From assembly GCA_964016885.1 (NCBI GenBank), contig OZ024740.1, forward strand, positions 89,838,001 through 89,902,000: 64,000 nt of DNA, read 5' to 3'. Source of the stretch: Eledone cirrhosa. Lineage: Eukaryota. Below are positions 14,926 through 28,200 of this stretch, in pieces; position 1 is the first letter of the stretch; the number at the start of each line of letters is the position of its first letter. The notes below the pieces were generated by a model. That model worked only from the letters and a program-made list of their open reading frames with translations. It did not search any database and was not told where the DNA came from. A program made the position numbers and the translations under genes.

Positions 14926-16905
14926 AGAGATTATTGAAGTTTGCTTGAACCATTGTGGAATAATAAGTAAGTATATTTAAGTCGTTTGGAAGCCTCGACA
15001 ATGCAAATGGGTAAATCTCCGGGTTACAAGACCCGGTGGTGGTGACAGAGATGTAAGTGGGTGTACGTTGAGATGCGTGGTGTGTATAAGATGTGTAACA
15101 TGTGTAGAAGAATGAAGGGAAGAGTATAAAGGATAAAATAAAAATAACAACACAGGAGAGAGTTACCTTGGGAGAGATTTAATACTCCCTATATATTTCG
15201 GATTCACATCCATCAACCGGGGGTTTATTCCGGCGTGGGGGAAATGTTGTCTGTCGAACAGGTGCGAAACGCGTCCTCCGCTGATTGTTGTTTTGAATAT
15301 CTGAGGTATTCGGCAGAGGGCGCGTGCGCGTGAAATGGGGTCGGTCGGGCAGAGGTCAGCGGCCGAATGAGGGAGTGGGGTGGCGCTAGCGGTCAGTCCA
15401 TTCGCTGCCTGTTTCTTAAATGTTACTGTGTGTGTGCGTGTGTTGTTGTCTCGCTTGAATGTGTGTGTGTGTGTGCGTGTGTTGTTGCCTTGTTCCTCTG
15501 TATTGGCAGTGTAGTATGTTCGTATGGTGGAATGCTACTGTGTGTGTGTGTGTGTGCGTGTGTGTGTGTAGTTGTCTCGTTTGTGTGTGTGTGTGTGTGC
15601 GTGTGTTGTGTGTTGCTGCATCGTTTGTTAACTTAAACCAGCCATCTCATTTCGCTTCTCTCTGATCGGTTGTTTATTTGCGGTTGCAGGCGTTTGATAA
15701 CAAGCGCTTTCTTGATACGTAACGTGCCGACGTTTCTTTTATTCGCTAGAATTGTGACAATGGACCTTCCGTCGTTGTTTCCGCATTTGTCTATGTGTTT
15801 CCGGAAAGACGAGGCCTTGGTTTTAGTGTGTTCCTTGATCCGGATGTGCAAAGGTCGGATTGTGCTACCTATGTAGGATTGGGTTCACCTGTCACATTCT
15901 ATCTTATACACGACGTATGTGCGTAGGCAACAGTTAGCATGGCGTATCGGGCAGTCTCTGAGGGAGCATGCGTCAGTAGATTGTCCGGGCTTCCTGGAGC
16001 GGCATCTACGCAGGGAGGGGCCCGAGTGGGCCAGGTGGGTGTCGGGGCCCTCCCTCCGTATAGCTTTGCGCATAGCGTTGGTGGTATTCTCGACCAGGTG
16101 TGGCATTTTAAGGAAACACTTGCCTTGGGTGCCTCTCTGTATCTTGTGCCTGTGGTCTCCTATTCTGTCTGTCATCGAGGTAGGGTACCCGTTCGTCTCC
16201 AGCACCTCGAGGAATCGCTTGGTATGAGTGACACCACTCGCGGGATCGCTGTATATGTTTTTGATTCGCGCAATCTCGTTCGTGATGTATCCTCTTTAGG
16301 CACTGTTAGTGAGGGCGGACTTGTAGGGAACGAAGTGGACCATTCAGGCTGCCTTTCGGTAGAAGTTGCAGTGGATCTTTCCCTGTTCCGTGATGTTGAT
16401 TCGGAACTCGAGGGGGGCAAGTGACCCGCCTTCGTTGGGGCGTTCAACACGGAAGTCAAGTTCTCGTCCGTGTTGTTGAACGTCTCATGGATTCATTTCG
16501 CCGTGTCTTGGAAAGATGTGAGGATGAGGATATCGTCCACGTACCTTGAGAAAAAGGCTACGGCGTTGGGGTGGCAGGCGTTGAGTGCCTTGAGTTCGAG
16601 CTTGTCCATGTAAGAGATCGCTAGCACACCTGATAGGTTTGATCCCATGGGAAGCAGTGAAGGTCGGTGGATTGGACGCCTTTCATCAGTATATTGACGA
16701 CCGGGAGTGCAGGGACCGAGTTGTAGAGAGCGACTACATCAAGGCTGAAGGCATATCTGTTATTCCTTCTGGTGTCGGGATCAATTTGATGCAGGCGCTT
16801 CAATATCTCCTTGGAGCTGTTAACGGGTCCCGGCAAGGTGTCTAAGATGGGTTTGAGTATTCTGACTAGGAGCCATGACATTTTGTAGAGCGGTCCCTCC
16901 CGGCC
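14926..16905 (-). mobile_element. PLE, left arm of a 3.8-kb palindrome (RT + GIY-YIG, disrupted)
   Basis: GPLYKMSWLL..ILKP, FSLDVVALYNSVP (motif A); ~110-bp deletion before PMGS; GIY-YIG remnants YVVYKIECDR and HIRIKEH; reverse complement of 16897-18739. Confidence 0.93.
15187..15222 (-). ncRNA. Variant minimal hammerhead-like motif (core CGGUUGA)
   Basis: Minus strand: CCC-CGGTTGA-t-GGAT-GTGA-ATCC-GAAA-TATA-TA-GGG. Confidence 0.55.
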
Positions 16906-18739
16906 GTCAATATAGTGATGGAATGCGTCCAATCCACCGACCTACACTGCTTCGGGCTCACCACCACTGACATCCACCAACTCCTATCCATCGTCGTCCA
17001 CAACACCTACTTCGGATTCCTTGACCAAATATACCAACAAACTTCGGGATTGCCCATGGGATCAAGTCTATCAGGTGTGCTAGCGATCTCTTACATGGAC
17101 AACCTCGAACGCAAGGCACTCAACGCCTGCCACCCCAACGCCGTAGCCTTTTTCTCAAGGTACGTGGACGATATCCTCATCCTCACATCTTTCCAAGACA
17201 CGGCGAACAGAATCCATGAGACGTTCAACAACACGGACGAGAACATTGACTTCAGTGTTGAACACCCCAACGAAGACGGGTCACTTGCCCTCCTCGGCTT
17301 CCGAATCAACATCACGGAACAGGGAAGGATCCACTGCAACTTTTACCGAAAGGCAGCCTGCATGGACCTGTTCGTTCACTACAAGTCTGCCCTCCCTAAC
17401 AGTGCCAAAAGAGGACACATCACGAACGAGATCGCGCGAATCAAAAACTGATGCATAATCCCGCGAGTGGTGTCACTCATACCAAGCGATTCCTCGAGGT
17501 GCTGGAGACGAACGGGTACCCTACCTCGATCACAGACAGAATAGGAGACACCAGACACAAGAGACAGAGAGGCACCCAAGGCAAGTGCTTCCTTAAAATG
17601 CCACACCTGGGCGAGAATACCACCAACGCTATACGCAAGGCTATACGGAGGGAGGGCCTCGACATCCACCTGGAGCAGTCGGGCCCCTCCCTGCGAAGAT
17701 GCCTCTCCAGGAAACCCGGGAAATCTACTGACGCATGCTCCCTCAGAGACTGCCCGATACGCCATGCGAACTGTTGCCTACGCACATACGTCGTGCATAA
17801 TATAGAATGTGGCAGGTGCAACCAACATTACATAGGTAGCACAATCCGACCTTTGCACATCCGGATCAAGGAACACACTAAAACCAGGGCCTCATCTTTC
17901 CGGAAACACATAGACAAATGCGGAAACAAAGACGGAAGGTCCATTGTCACAATTCTAGCGACTGAAAGAAACGTCGGCACGTTACGTATCAAGAAAGCGC
18001 TTGTTATCAAACGCCTGCAACCGCAAATAAACAACCGATCAGAGAGAAGCGAAATGAGATGGCTGGTTTAAGTTAACAAACGATGCAGCAACACACGACA
18101 CACGCACACATACACACACACACACACACAAACGAGACAACTACACACACACACGCACACACACAGAGTAGCATTCCACCATACGAACATACTACACTGC
18201 CAATACAGAGGAACAAGGCAACAACACACGCACACACACACACACATTCAAGCGAGACAACAACACACGCACACACACAGTAACATTTAAGAAACAGGCA
18301 GCGAATGGACTGACCGCTAGCGCCACCCCACTCCCTCATTCGGTTGCTGACCTCCGCCCGACCGACCCCATTTCACGCGCACGCGCGCTCTGCCGAATAC
18401 CTCAGATATTCAAAACAACAAACAGCGTAGGACGCGTTTCGCACCTGTCCGACAGACAACCTTTCCCCCACCCCGGAATAAACCCCCAGTTGATGGATGT
18501 GAATCCGAAATATATAGGGACTATTAAATCTCTACCAAGGTAACTCTCTCCTCTGTTGTTATTTTTATTTTATCCTTTATACTCTTCCCTTCATTCTTCT
18601 ACACATGTTACACATCTTATACACACCAGGCATCTCAACGTACACCCACTTACATCTCTGTCTCCACCACCGGATCTTGTTACTCGGAGATTTACCCATT
18701 TGCATTGTCGAGGCTTCCAAACGACTTAAAGATATTTAC
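16897..18739 (+). mobile_element. PLE, right arm of the palindrome (RT 16915-17451; GIY-YIG 17451-18071; 3' UTR)
   Basis: YQQTSGLPMGSSLS, SRYVDD, FYRK, HYKSALP; then YVVHNIECGRCNQHYIGSTIRPLHIRIKEH...IKRLQPQINNR; stop/frameshift near 17450. Confidence 0.95.
18484..18519 (+). ncRNA. Variant minimal hammerhead-like motif (core CAGUUGA)
   Basis: CCC-CAGTTGA-t-GGAT-GTGA-ATCC-GAAA-TATA-TA-GGG. Confidence 0.55.
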
Positions 18740-18772
<33 letters not shown>

Positions 18773-18989
18773 TCCATATATGTATATACATATGTATAAA
18801 TATATATATATCCATATGTATGCATATATATAGAAAACAGTCAGGACGCCGACGGCTGAGATCCGGCCTTTCGATTGCTAGATCCGATGTTCGGATGAAG
18901 CTGTTGAAACGGCCGGAGCTTAACCCTAACTATTGAGTACATTCGTGTGTTATGGTCGACATGTTATCTTACGACATCCTATTTGTTAT

Positions 18990-19127
<138 letters not shown>

Positions 19128-19267
19128 TATATGCATGTATATATAGTCTATGTTGCAATACACTGTATGCCTTAATTAAAAGCATTTCGAAGACCTTATG
19201 CTATTGTTTTAGAGTAGTGACAGTCTCACTTACTTTAATTTTATTTTCAGCAAACAGGGGGAGATAA

Positions 19268-19312
19268 AACTGACATAGCTATGTTTCGTACTTATTGTTA
19301 CTTATCAAAGCC
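19268..19312 (-). ncRNA. Hammerhead ribozyme, U3-A8 variant
   Basis: Minus strand: GGCT-TTGATAA-gtaacaataagtac-GAAA-CATAGCTATG-TC-AGTT; palindromic stem III, GUC triplet. Confidence 0.75.
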
Positions 19313-19597
19313 AAGTACCCCACCTGTTTGCTGAAAGTCATGTATGTTTGATTCTTTTAGAATTTCTAGTAATAATCAGGAACTGATTATAAAGAGCGGT
19401 TGCCGTTCAAGCAGAAATTGAAAATTAGAATTGGCGCTCTGAAATAGCTATATATATATATATATATGAATGTATATATCGTGTATTTTGCAATACACTG
19501 TATGCTTAATTAAAAACATTTCGAAGAAATTATGCTATTGTTTTAGAGTAGTGACAGTCTCACTTACTTTAAATTTTCAGCAAACAGTGGGAGATAA

Positions 19598-19642
19598 AGC
19601 TGATAGAGCTATGTTTCGTACTGATTGATACTTATCAAAGCC
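19598..19642 (-). ncRNA. Hammerhead ribozyme, U3-A8 variant (stem III degraded)
   Basis: Minus strand: GGCT-TTGATAA-gtatcaatcagtac-GAAA-catagctcta-TC-AGCT; 330 bp from the previous copy. Confidence 0.65.
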
Positions 19643-19851
19643 AAGTACACCACCTGTTTGCTGAAAATCATGAATGTTTGATTCTTATAGAATTTCTAGT
19701 AATAATCAGGAACTGATTATACAGAGCGGTTGCCGGTCAAGCAGAAATTGAAAATTGATTGCAACCGCTCTGTATAATCAGTTCCTGATTATTACTAGAA
19801 ATTCTATAAGAATCGAACATTCATGATTTTCAGCAAACAGGTGGGGTACTT

Positions 19852-19896
19852 GGCTTTGATAAGTACTAATCAGTACGAAACATAGCACTGTCAGCT
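19852..19896 (+). ncRNA. Hammerhead ribozyme, U3-A8 variant
   Basis: GGCT-TTGATAA-GTACT-aatc-AGTAC-GAAA-CAtagcacTG-TC-AGCT. Confidence 0.78.
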
Positions 19897-20060
19897 TTAT
19901 CTCCCCCTGTTTGCTGAAAAATTAAAGTAAGTGAGACTGTCACTACTCTAAAACAATAGCATAAGATCTTCGAAATGCTTTTAATTAAACATACAGTGTA
20001 TTGCAAAATACACTATATATACATTCATATATATATATAGCTATTTCAGAGCGCCAATTC

Positions 20061-20127
<67 letters not shown>

Positions 20128-20150
20128 TTATATATATAGCAAATATATAG

Positions 20151-20336
20151 CAAACAACACGGACACTCTATCTTAAAATTAATTTTGAGAAGCATTTAGA
20201 AATGCGCAACCGGTAAAAACTTAAAAAATTAAAACCACAACTGAATACTAACCCATTCAATTACTAATACTCTTTTATTCCTAATTAAACCATTTTTCAA
20301 CTGTAAACAATTTGTCAGCATTTTCTATTCCGTTTA

Positions 20337-20340
<4 letters not shown>
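20151..20340 (+). mobile_element. 3'-terminal fragment, copy 3 of the 599-789 family
   Basis: Direct similarity; same 3' end into (TA)n. Confidence 0.75.
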
Positions 20341-20382
<42 letters not shown>

Positions 20383-20740
20383 ATCATCCTGATAACAATA
20401 TCCATTGTCTCAATTTCAGTCTATTTCATACTAATTACACATATATCTATTTATCATCTGCGGAGTAACATCTAATTATCTCTTTATTATTTTCTGAATT
20501 GGAATGTATATAAGCAAATGGAATTGTCAACATCTTTGTTTTCATGTTCACCTGAGGTTTATAGGTTAATCAGCTTCCTCACTCAATATTATGTTAACAC
20601 ACAATACATTCATGTCGACAGGAGTTTCGCTAAAGTACAAATAATATTATTTATTGTAGGAAGCGATAATATCTGTTCATAATTGATTAATATGATCCGT
20701 TTGTGCATTTTCCAAAAGCACATTTCAAACATATTTTCTC

Positions 20741-20930
20741 ATGGTGCATTGGCAGTATTGGTAGAGAATTGGACGTCATTCTGTCCAGCATAGTTAAGTC
20801 CATTTACGGTCCGAGTTCAAATCATGCCGAGGTTAACTTTGTATTTCATTCTTACGGGGTCGATACAATAAAGTACCAGTAATGCACTGGGTATTTGCTG
20901 GCCTTGTGCCCAAAGTAGAAACAATTATTT
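20741..20930 (+). mobile_element. tRNA-derived SINE
   Basis: A-box-like TGGCAGTATTGG, B-box GAGTTCAAATC, body CCGAGGTTAACTTTG..TTTCAT.CTTACGGGGTCGATA.AATAAAGTACCAGT, tail GGCCTTGTGCC.AAAGTAGAAACAATTATT; repeated in window. Confidence 0.85.
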
Positions 20931-21280
20931 CTTCAAATCATTTCTAAACTTTTAAACTTTCTTATATATTTTTATATATAATTTTACTGGATATAATATT
21001 GTCGTTTAAAAAGCACATTTTCATCCTCGTTGTGATAGGAAAGAATTATGCGTATACATTGCGTTACATATAAAGTTTTTTTTTTAAATTATTTTAAAAG
21101 GTATTAAGTTTGCATATGTGCTCAAAATTTCACGTCAAAGGAAAATATGTTTCGATCAATCCACGAAATTATTTAAAATACTGTCGAAGTCCAGGTACGT
21201 TTTATTCAAAATTTTACTTTAAATATATTGTATGTGACTAGCGCTATAATACATTTATAACAGATACTTATTTCTACATC

Positions 21281-21500
21281 TGGCACATGGCCAGCAATTA
21301 GCCCAGTGTATTACTGGTACTTTTATCGACCCCGTAAGGATGAAAGGCAAAGTTAACCTCGGCGGGATTTGAACTCAGATCATAAAGGACCGGATCTCTT
21401 TGCTGCAAAGCATGGCATCCGCCCTCTAACGATACTGCCAATCCACCGTCAAAATCCACTCCAAAGCATGGCGTCCGACCCTGTACCGATACCGCCAATC
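21281..21500 (-). mobile_element. tRNA-derived SINE (same family) with duplicated 5' part
   Basis: ACTGGTACTTTTATCGACCCGTAAGGATGAAAGGCAAAGTTAACCTCGGCGGGATTTGAACTC; CAAAGCATGGC.TCCG.CC occurs twice. Confidence 0.85.
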
Positions 21501-22213
21501 AACATTTATAACAGATAATGAAAGCATAATTGTTTCAAAATCGACATTGGGAAATGGCCAGTAAAAGTTGCGATAATGGAATCCATTCGTAAATCGCTAT
21601 CATCAGTATGACTATGATATTTTGATAATAGGGCATTCTAATACGTTGAACAAACATGCGCACAGTCCTTAACAATTATGACAAAGATCTATTTGTAGAA
21701 TCTTATATTGATTAACAATTGAAACATATTCTAAAGCAATATATCTAGGATGAACCTAGAATCATCCAATGATGAATTATTAAATTTCTATAAAATACAT
21801 CGTACGTTATTCAAAATTTTCCTGACAAATATCAATATCTAAATGTTATGCTAATAAGAGTATGGTAGCTGCTATGTGCTACATATTTACATATATTATA
21901 TTAATGTCTATCGCCGTTCATAAACTGAAAATCAAATGAAATTGCATATTTGCATACATTAATGTTATGCATATTAAACATTACAATCTTGACACTGTTT
22001 CATGGTCAATAACTAAAATAAATTCAATATTACTTGAATAATTGTGTCATTGGACCTCTGGATGACTCGATATATGATAACATTTACAACATATGTGTTA
22101 GAATATGTCTGGATCGATATCTATATTTGAAACATGATAACGTTTTACACTGCTATACTGACAAGTTATTGAGATCAATTATGGAATTTTAGAAACATTA
22201 TTTCTATTAATTT

Positions 22214-22293
22214 ATCCTTACGGGGTCGATAAAATAAAGTAGCAGTAATGTATTGGGTAATTTCTGGCCTTGTGCCAACAGTAGAAACAATTA
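22214..22293 (+). mobile_element. SINE 3' half
   Basis: ATCCTTACGGGGTCGATAAAATAAAGTAGCAGTAATG...GGCCTTGTGCCAACAGTAGAAACAATT. Confidence 0.8.
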
Positions 22294-23171
22294 GTTCTAT
22301 TAATTTACCACTGTTCATATGTTACACTTTTTCCATGATGTATTTGTTTTAAAACATTTTTTAAATTACATATGATAAACAGAGATTTTGGATCAATAGT
22401 TTCAGTAGGTATTTGTTATTGTTTAAATGTAAATATAAATATAAATATAAATGTTGTTATGACCTCGAATTTGTTTACCACAATCAAGTTCGCATTTGAG
22501 AGTACTTTCCCGCGAAAAGCGTGCCGTTAAGTAATATACATAAACGACCTAGTTTAGTATAGTATTATCATTCCAGCAGATGAAGAATAAGGAACACTAT
22601 TACTATTCAAGTAAAAAGAAAATAATAATAATAAACTTTCATGATATTCAGCGTACATAGAATGTGGGTTTAATTAATTTAATAGCAGCCCTTAGCGAAC
22701 ACAGACTAAGGAAAATATCCATGACTGATGTAAAAATCATCGTTAAATTGTTAATTAGTATTTCATTGAAATTGATATTATTTGTAAAACAATACATCTG
22801 TTATATACATGTTCTATCAATAGAGGCACACAGTTTTTAAAATAAGTTAACTGTATTGAACAGGGGCAAGAACATTGAATAGTTGATTTAAATTATATTT
22901 AAATTACGCAAAAGTACCTAAATACTTATGCAGACATCAACAAAATACAAAATACAAACTAATACACTCCGAACGATTCATGAGCAATTATATATATATT
23001 CGTTTTATTGGTAAAGCCATTGAGTTAAAAGCATAATGTTTTGCAGCTGCTCATACCACCAGAATATAATATTGTGCAAATCAGTTCCTTTTTATCTTTC
23101 CACTTAACACAAATTTGATCTCTTTTATTCTGTGACCCATCCCTTACGTACACGCCCTGTAAATTTTATTC

Positions 23172-23242
<71 letters not shown>

Positions 23243-23595
23243 GAGTAGCCTAAACTGACATACACACACACATACACTCATGAAAATAAACAGAAACGCA
23301 CGTACACGCATACAAACAAAATATATGACAAAACATGGACTCTCGAGAAATGCTCATCATCCGCATGCAGTCATATCGGGACTCAACTTTGCATGTCGTA
23401 TTACTCACCTCCACACTTCACTTTATAAACTTTTAATTTTTTCCTCATATTCCAGCATCCACTACCTACAACCCATAATGTTTTCTTGTATTGCGGTTTG
23501 TTTTTCAGCAAGTTTCACTTATTAGCCATATTAAATTACTATGTAAACTCTTCATTGTTACTGAGTAAACATTCTCATGTCCGTCAATATTATAA

Positions 23596-23650
<55 letters not shown>

Positions 23651-25049
23651 GGGTGGAGGAGAGTGCACTTGTGTGTGTATCTGTACATGTGTGTGTATTT
23701 GTATACACATTTCTAATGAGCATAAGGATTATGATACTTGCTAACATAGAAAATGTGTTTAAATATGTCACTGAATATTTATAATGGTGTTGTGAGCACA
23801 TCAAAGGCAAACAAATATAATCAATATTTTATGGAGTAAAATGATTTCCCCAGATCTCTAAATCTGATGATTAAACATATTAAAAATCGAAGTAAGTTAG
23901 AAATTTCTCAGAACTATATGCAAAATGCTATGAATTAATTTTAATATTTCTTTTCGATATTTCATTTCTTCTTTTTTTTTCTTTAGATGATATATGTTAT
24001 ATTCAATTGAATTGATCAAATATATATTGGGTTCTTTAATCACGCTATGTAATAATATATATAGATCTATGTTATCATGGTTATTGATTTTAAAAAATAT
24101 AGTTAATTTTATAGAATCGCATCTTTCCCGTGAACATCATCATCAATTTGCATATACATATAATTCATAGTATCTATCAGGAGACTCTTGTAAAATCCAT
24201 CATGAATCGATGCAGTTTTGTAGTGTTCGTTATTGATTAGATTTAGATTGAAACACACACGATATTGGTTGTTACATTTTATCAATAATGGCGGCCATCA
24301 GTATAATTTAATGGTTTAGTCAATTGTTGCACTGAATACCACTTTCCTGTATAACTAAGGTATGTCCTTCGACAATAAAGAGCCTCTGACACCTATATTA
24401 AGTATAATCTTTAATATTCTGTTCACACTCATAATTTCTTAATAGCTTGTATTTGATAAAACATCAGGAAACACACCCACATAAGCATACACAAAACCAT
24501 AATACACAACACAATTATATATATATATATATATATATTCTCAAGGCAACACATAATACTACACCTCATACGTAATTTCGTAGAATGTATGATTAAACAG
24601 GTGCAAAACAATAAAAGTTTATTCAGTCAGGGTAACGATTGATGTAAACATTGTAATACATCTTGTTAGACCTTTTGTAGACAACCAATGAAAACATATT
24701 ATTCAGTACAGTTCATGTTGATTAAGGGAAGGTTGCTGTACATAGTGTAACTAAAAGAAAAACTAGAATTGGGGTTTCATATTGTATATGCATTTATATA
24801 TGTATATATGTATATATGAATATCCGAATGGGGAGAAGCTAATATCGTTTATAGGAACAAGCAATTATATATATATATCTGACGCAGAAAACTAAAGTAA
24901 CAACAGTTTTTGGTTTCAAATAATAACATTAAAATATTTGTAAAATACACAGTCAAACAACCGGTGCCAAGACGTGTTATGGGTGTTTGAACTCCGTATC
25001 TCTCGATTCCCGTGTGCGTGCTCTTCAAATCCTGTTATATAGGGGATAT

Positions 25050-25285
25050 AATAACAAGGCCGACAATTTTGCGGGGTGATGAGGTCCGTTAACTCGAGCC
25101 AAATGCGTTACAGGTACATTATTTTATCGACCCCACAAGGATGAAAGGCAACGATAACGTCGGTGGCATTTTAAATCAGAACTTTAACGATCATGTTGTC
25201 TGATGTTCTTCAGATACTACCAATCCACCGCCCATAGAGAATATAATTGTTTCTACTTTAGGCACAAGGACAGCAATTACCCAAA
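25050..25285 (-). mobile_element. Diverged SINE remnants
   Basis: GGTACATTATTTTATCGACCCCACAAGGATGAAAGGCAA and ATAATTGTTTCTACTTTAGGCACAAGG. Confidence 0.7.
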
Positions 25286-28200
25286 ATGTTCCTATATCTT
25301 TCAGATATATATATGAATGTAAATATGTAATGCAAAGTGAAATATATATATATATATATTTTAGTTGTTCAAATATATGTGGATGTTCAGGAATAGGCAT
25401 GATTATTAAATTCGGTTATGTCTTAAAAAGTCTCATAATGAGTATAATTTGAAAATTATATGAACATCAGAGATGGTGCTGAACATATATCACATGCTGC
25501 TGCTTCTGACAATGAATAGAATTTCCAACTGCTGTGTTTCGCGTAAATACACTTTTATGAAAAGGTGCGCTTTGTAGAAACAATCACAGCACTATTACTC
25601 TGCATCATTTAGAAGAATTGTGAGACATGATCACGCACTACACAAATACAAAGGAATATGTAGGCACAAATGGGATTAACTATTGCATTCGACTCCATCA
25701 AAACTCTAATTAGTTCCTTGGAGAATCAATCAGAAAAGCAAATAAGAATTAGCCCGTGCGATGTGACTCAGTAGATAATAGTATGTCCTTTATTCTCATA
25801 ATGTTATCGAGAATTGAAGATAAAACTTATTGAAATGTTATACGAACACTGGTCTTTCTTCAAATATTTCTAAAAACTGAGACAGAAATTATAATTAGGA
25901 TTGGACATATACGTACAAGACATTCTATACTAATAGAACACAGCTCTCAACATTTATATGGAATTATAATTAAGGAATATCTTAACGTGCATTAACTTGA
26001 AAATCGGATTATTCTAATTTGTAAATTCTCTCTTTTATCGGGTGCCTCCTACCTATTGACTCATATAATTGAATATTCATACATATGTAATTATGCTATA
26101 GGTTCCATAATCTAACAGATAAATACAGGAATGAAATTACCTACGGAATTATTGTAACCTAAATTATAAGGTTATGTGCATGCAACTTAAACTGAATTAC
26201 AAGATATCAAAATAATATCAATATGTGTTTTGTGTTATTGACGTGTTACCTTGTGTTGTTTTGTGTTATTGACGTGTTACCTTGTGTTGTTTTCTTTTAT
26301 AGTTATTCTATTTGAATATTGTGGAATTATCACTATTGTATATATGATTTGGTGGGTTCTTGACATTTTTGGTTCGTATTCAGGCATATGAGCTTAGTAC
26401 CATTTGCTTGTTTATTACACGACTAGCATATAAAGAGACTACAAAAATATTAGTAATTGCTGCATTAACGCAGTATATATTCCTAGGGATCGAACATCAT
26501 AATTTCGCTTATGACCACTGCATATATATTTAATAACTTGAAAACAAAAACATAGAGCCGGTGACTCTGTTTCCAAAATGACTTCAGGCTACGTGTATTC
26601 ACACTGCCTGTTAATGTTAAGGACATGTTTTATTAAGAGGAATAATAGTAAGCAGTCCCACGTACCATATTACTGTGAATGGATAATACACCGTATAATT
26701 GTGTCTTAATACAAATGTATTCTTATATATTCTGTTGCTGATGGAACTTCGTAAGTCACTGATAAAATTATATAATTGCGGTTTTAAGTTTCTGATTGTC
26801 AGTGTGATTTAATAGGTTTCTGGAACGATTCTGTTTGAGTCTCAGGTAAATTGTTCCTAATATTCTTTTCATGTGTATTTATTTTTTTATACGATTGGCT
26901 TTTCTTGCGGTTGTTACTGCTGTTGCAGATGTGAATGTGGTAGTGCGTGAGATGATTGTTTGACATTAATAAGCCAAGTACGTTAGGAACCCCATCGTGT
27001 TTTAAAGTAGCCGGGAAATGAGTGTACAAAGTAAAACTAGGTCGATGAATGAAACAATAAGACGCCGCAAAGTGGAATTACGCAGCAAATGAGATGAAGC
27101 ATAGCCGTTTGATATTGTTTGGAAAATATGAAATACCTTCAACCATGGTATATGTTGTAATAAATTAATAACTTACTAAATAGAAAAGTATGAATTAGAA
27201 ATGAAAAATTAATGTCAAACGCCATTCTCATGGAGCTCCAGCATATACATGAATTAAATATGTACTAAGATATATAGTGCCATACATTGTTCGTCTGTCC
27301 AATGCTGCTTCTTTGGGGTCAGTCCAGCAACTAATTATCATACTTTCAAAAATACAGCAGTATTGCTTTTAATATCATACCGATCACGCTTGTAGCACTT
27401 TCACTTTTCATTGATGGGTTGGCTTTGTTTGTATGTCTAGGCTATCACGGTAAAACTTTCGGAAATCACAATACATATAGACCTGATAATTACATACGCA
27501 TTGCATGAGCTGATTAAAAGAAAAACTTAATTATATACTAAACATCTCACTATTTGATTCAGTTACTTCTTATTTCTATATGAACACAAACATCATGAAA
27601 ATTGCCAAATATAGAAATTGGAAATTTAATTAAAGATTCATTAATCTTCCTTTTGTTGAGTTATTGAGTTTTTCACTCTAATCCTCTCTGCATTTTTATG
27701 TGTTTCTCCTCTTTCGCTTGAGTCATGTATCTAATATGATTGTACTTCACATATCTGTGCTTTCATCAGCTGTATTTTCATCAGCTAGTATTTTATTAAT
27801 AACGTGAATTTTATTATTCCAATTGAAGAAAGATTCGCGTTTTTCAAAAATGTACCATCTAGTTTAGCATTGCTAGAATCAACTGATATATCATTTCATT
27901 CTTGATAATAGGTTGAATAAACGAAGCCTACAAAAAACGTAAAGGCTTACAGTCATATCCTTTATATTAGGAAGTATTCATAATATTCAGCAAGGATGTA
28001 AACATGTTAAACCTATGTCTAAGAAACAATATTTAGTAGCATTGCAGCAACCAAGTGGTCATACTAACAATGGTAAATAATTGCCCTTTTCCTAAATCAG
28101 GACAACTTTTTTCATAAGAATATTGCAAAGCGTCAAGGGCATTAACATGCTTTATCTACAAATACCCTGCTCCTTTCTGGTGGTATATATTCTATTATTT

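Noticed and set aside
18920-18930. TTAACCCTAAC telomere-like sequence
   Set aside because: Fewer than two units; expected by chance
24975-25025. tRNA-like B-box sequences here and near 26485
   Set aside because: No cloverleaf; at most decayed SINE heads
26799-27029. ORF with HDGVP as a further cadherin relic
   Set aside because: Only one weak motif
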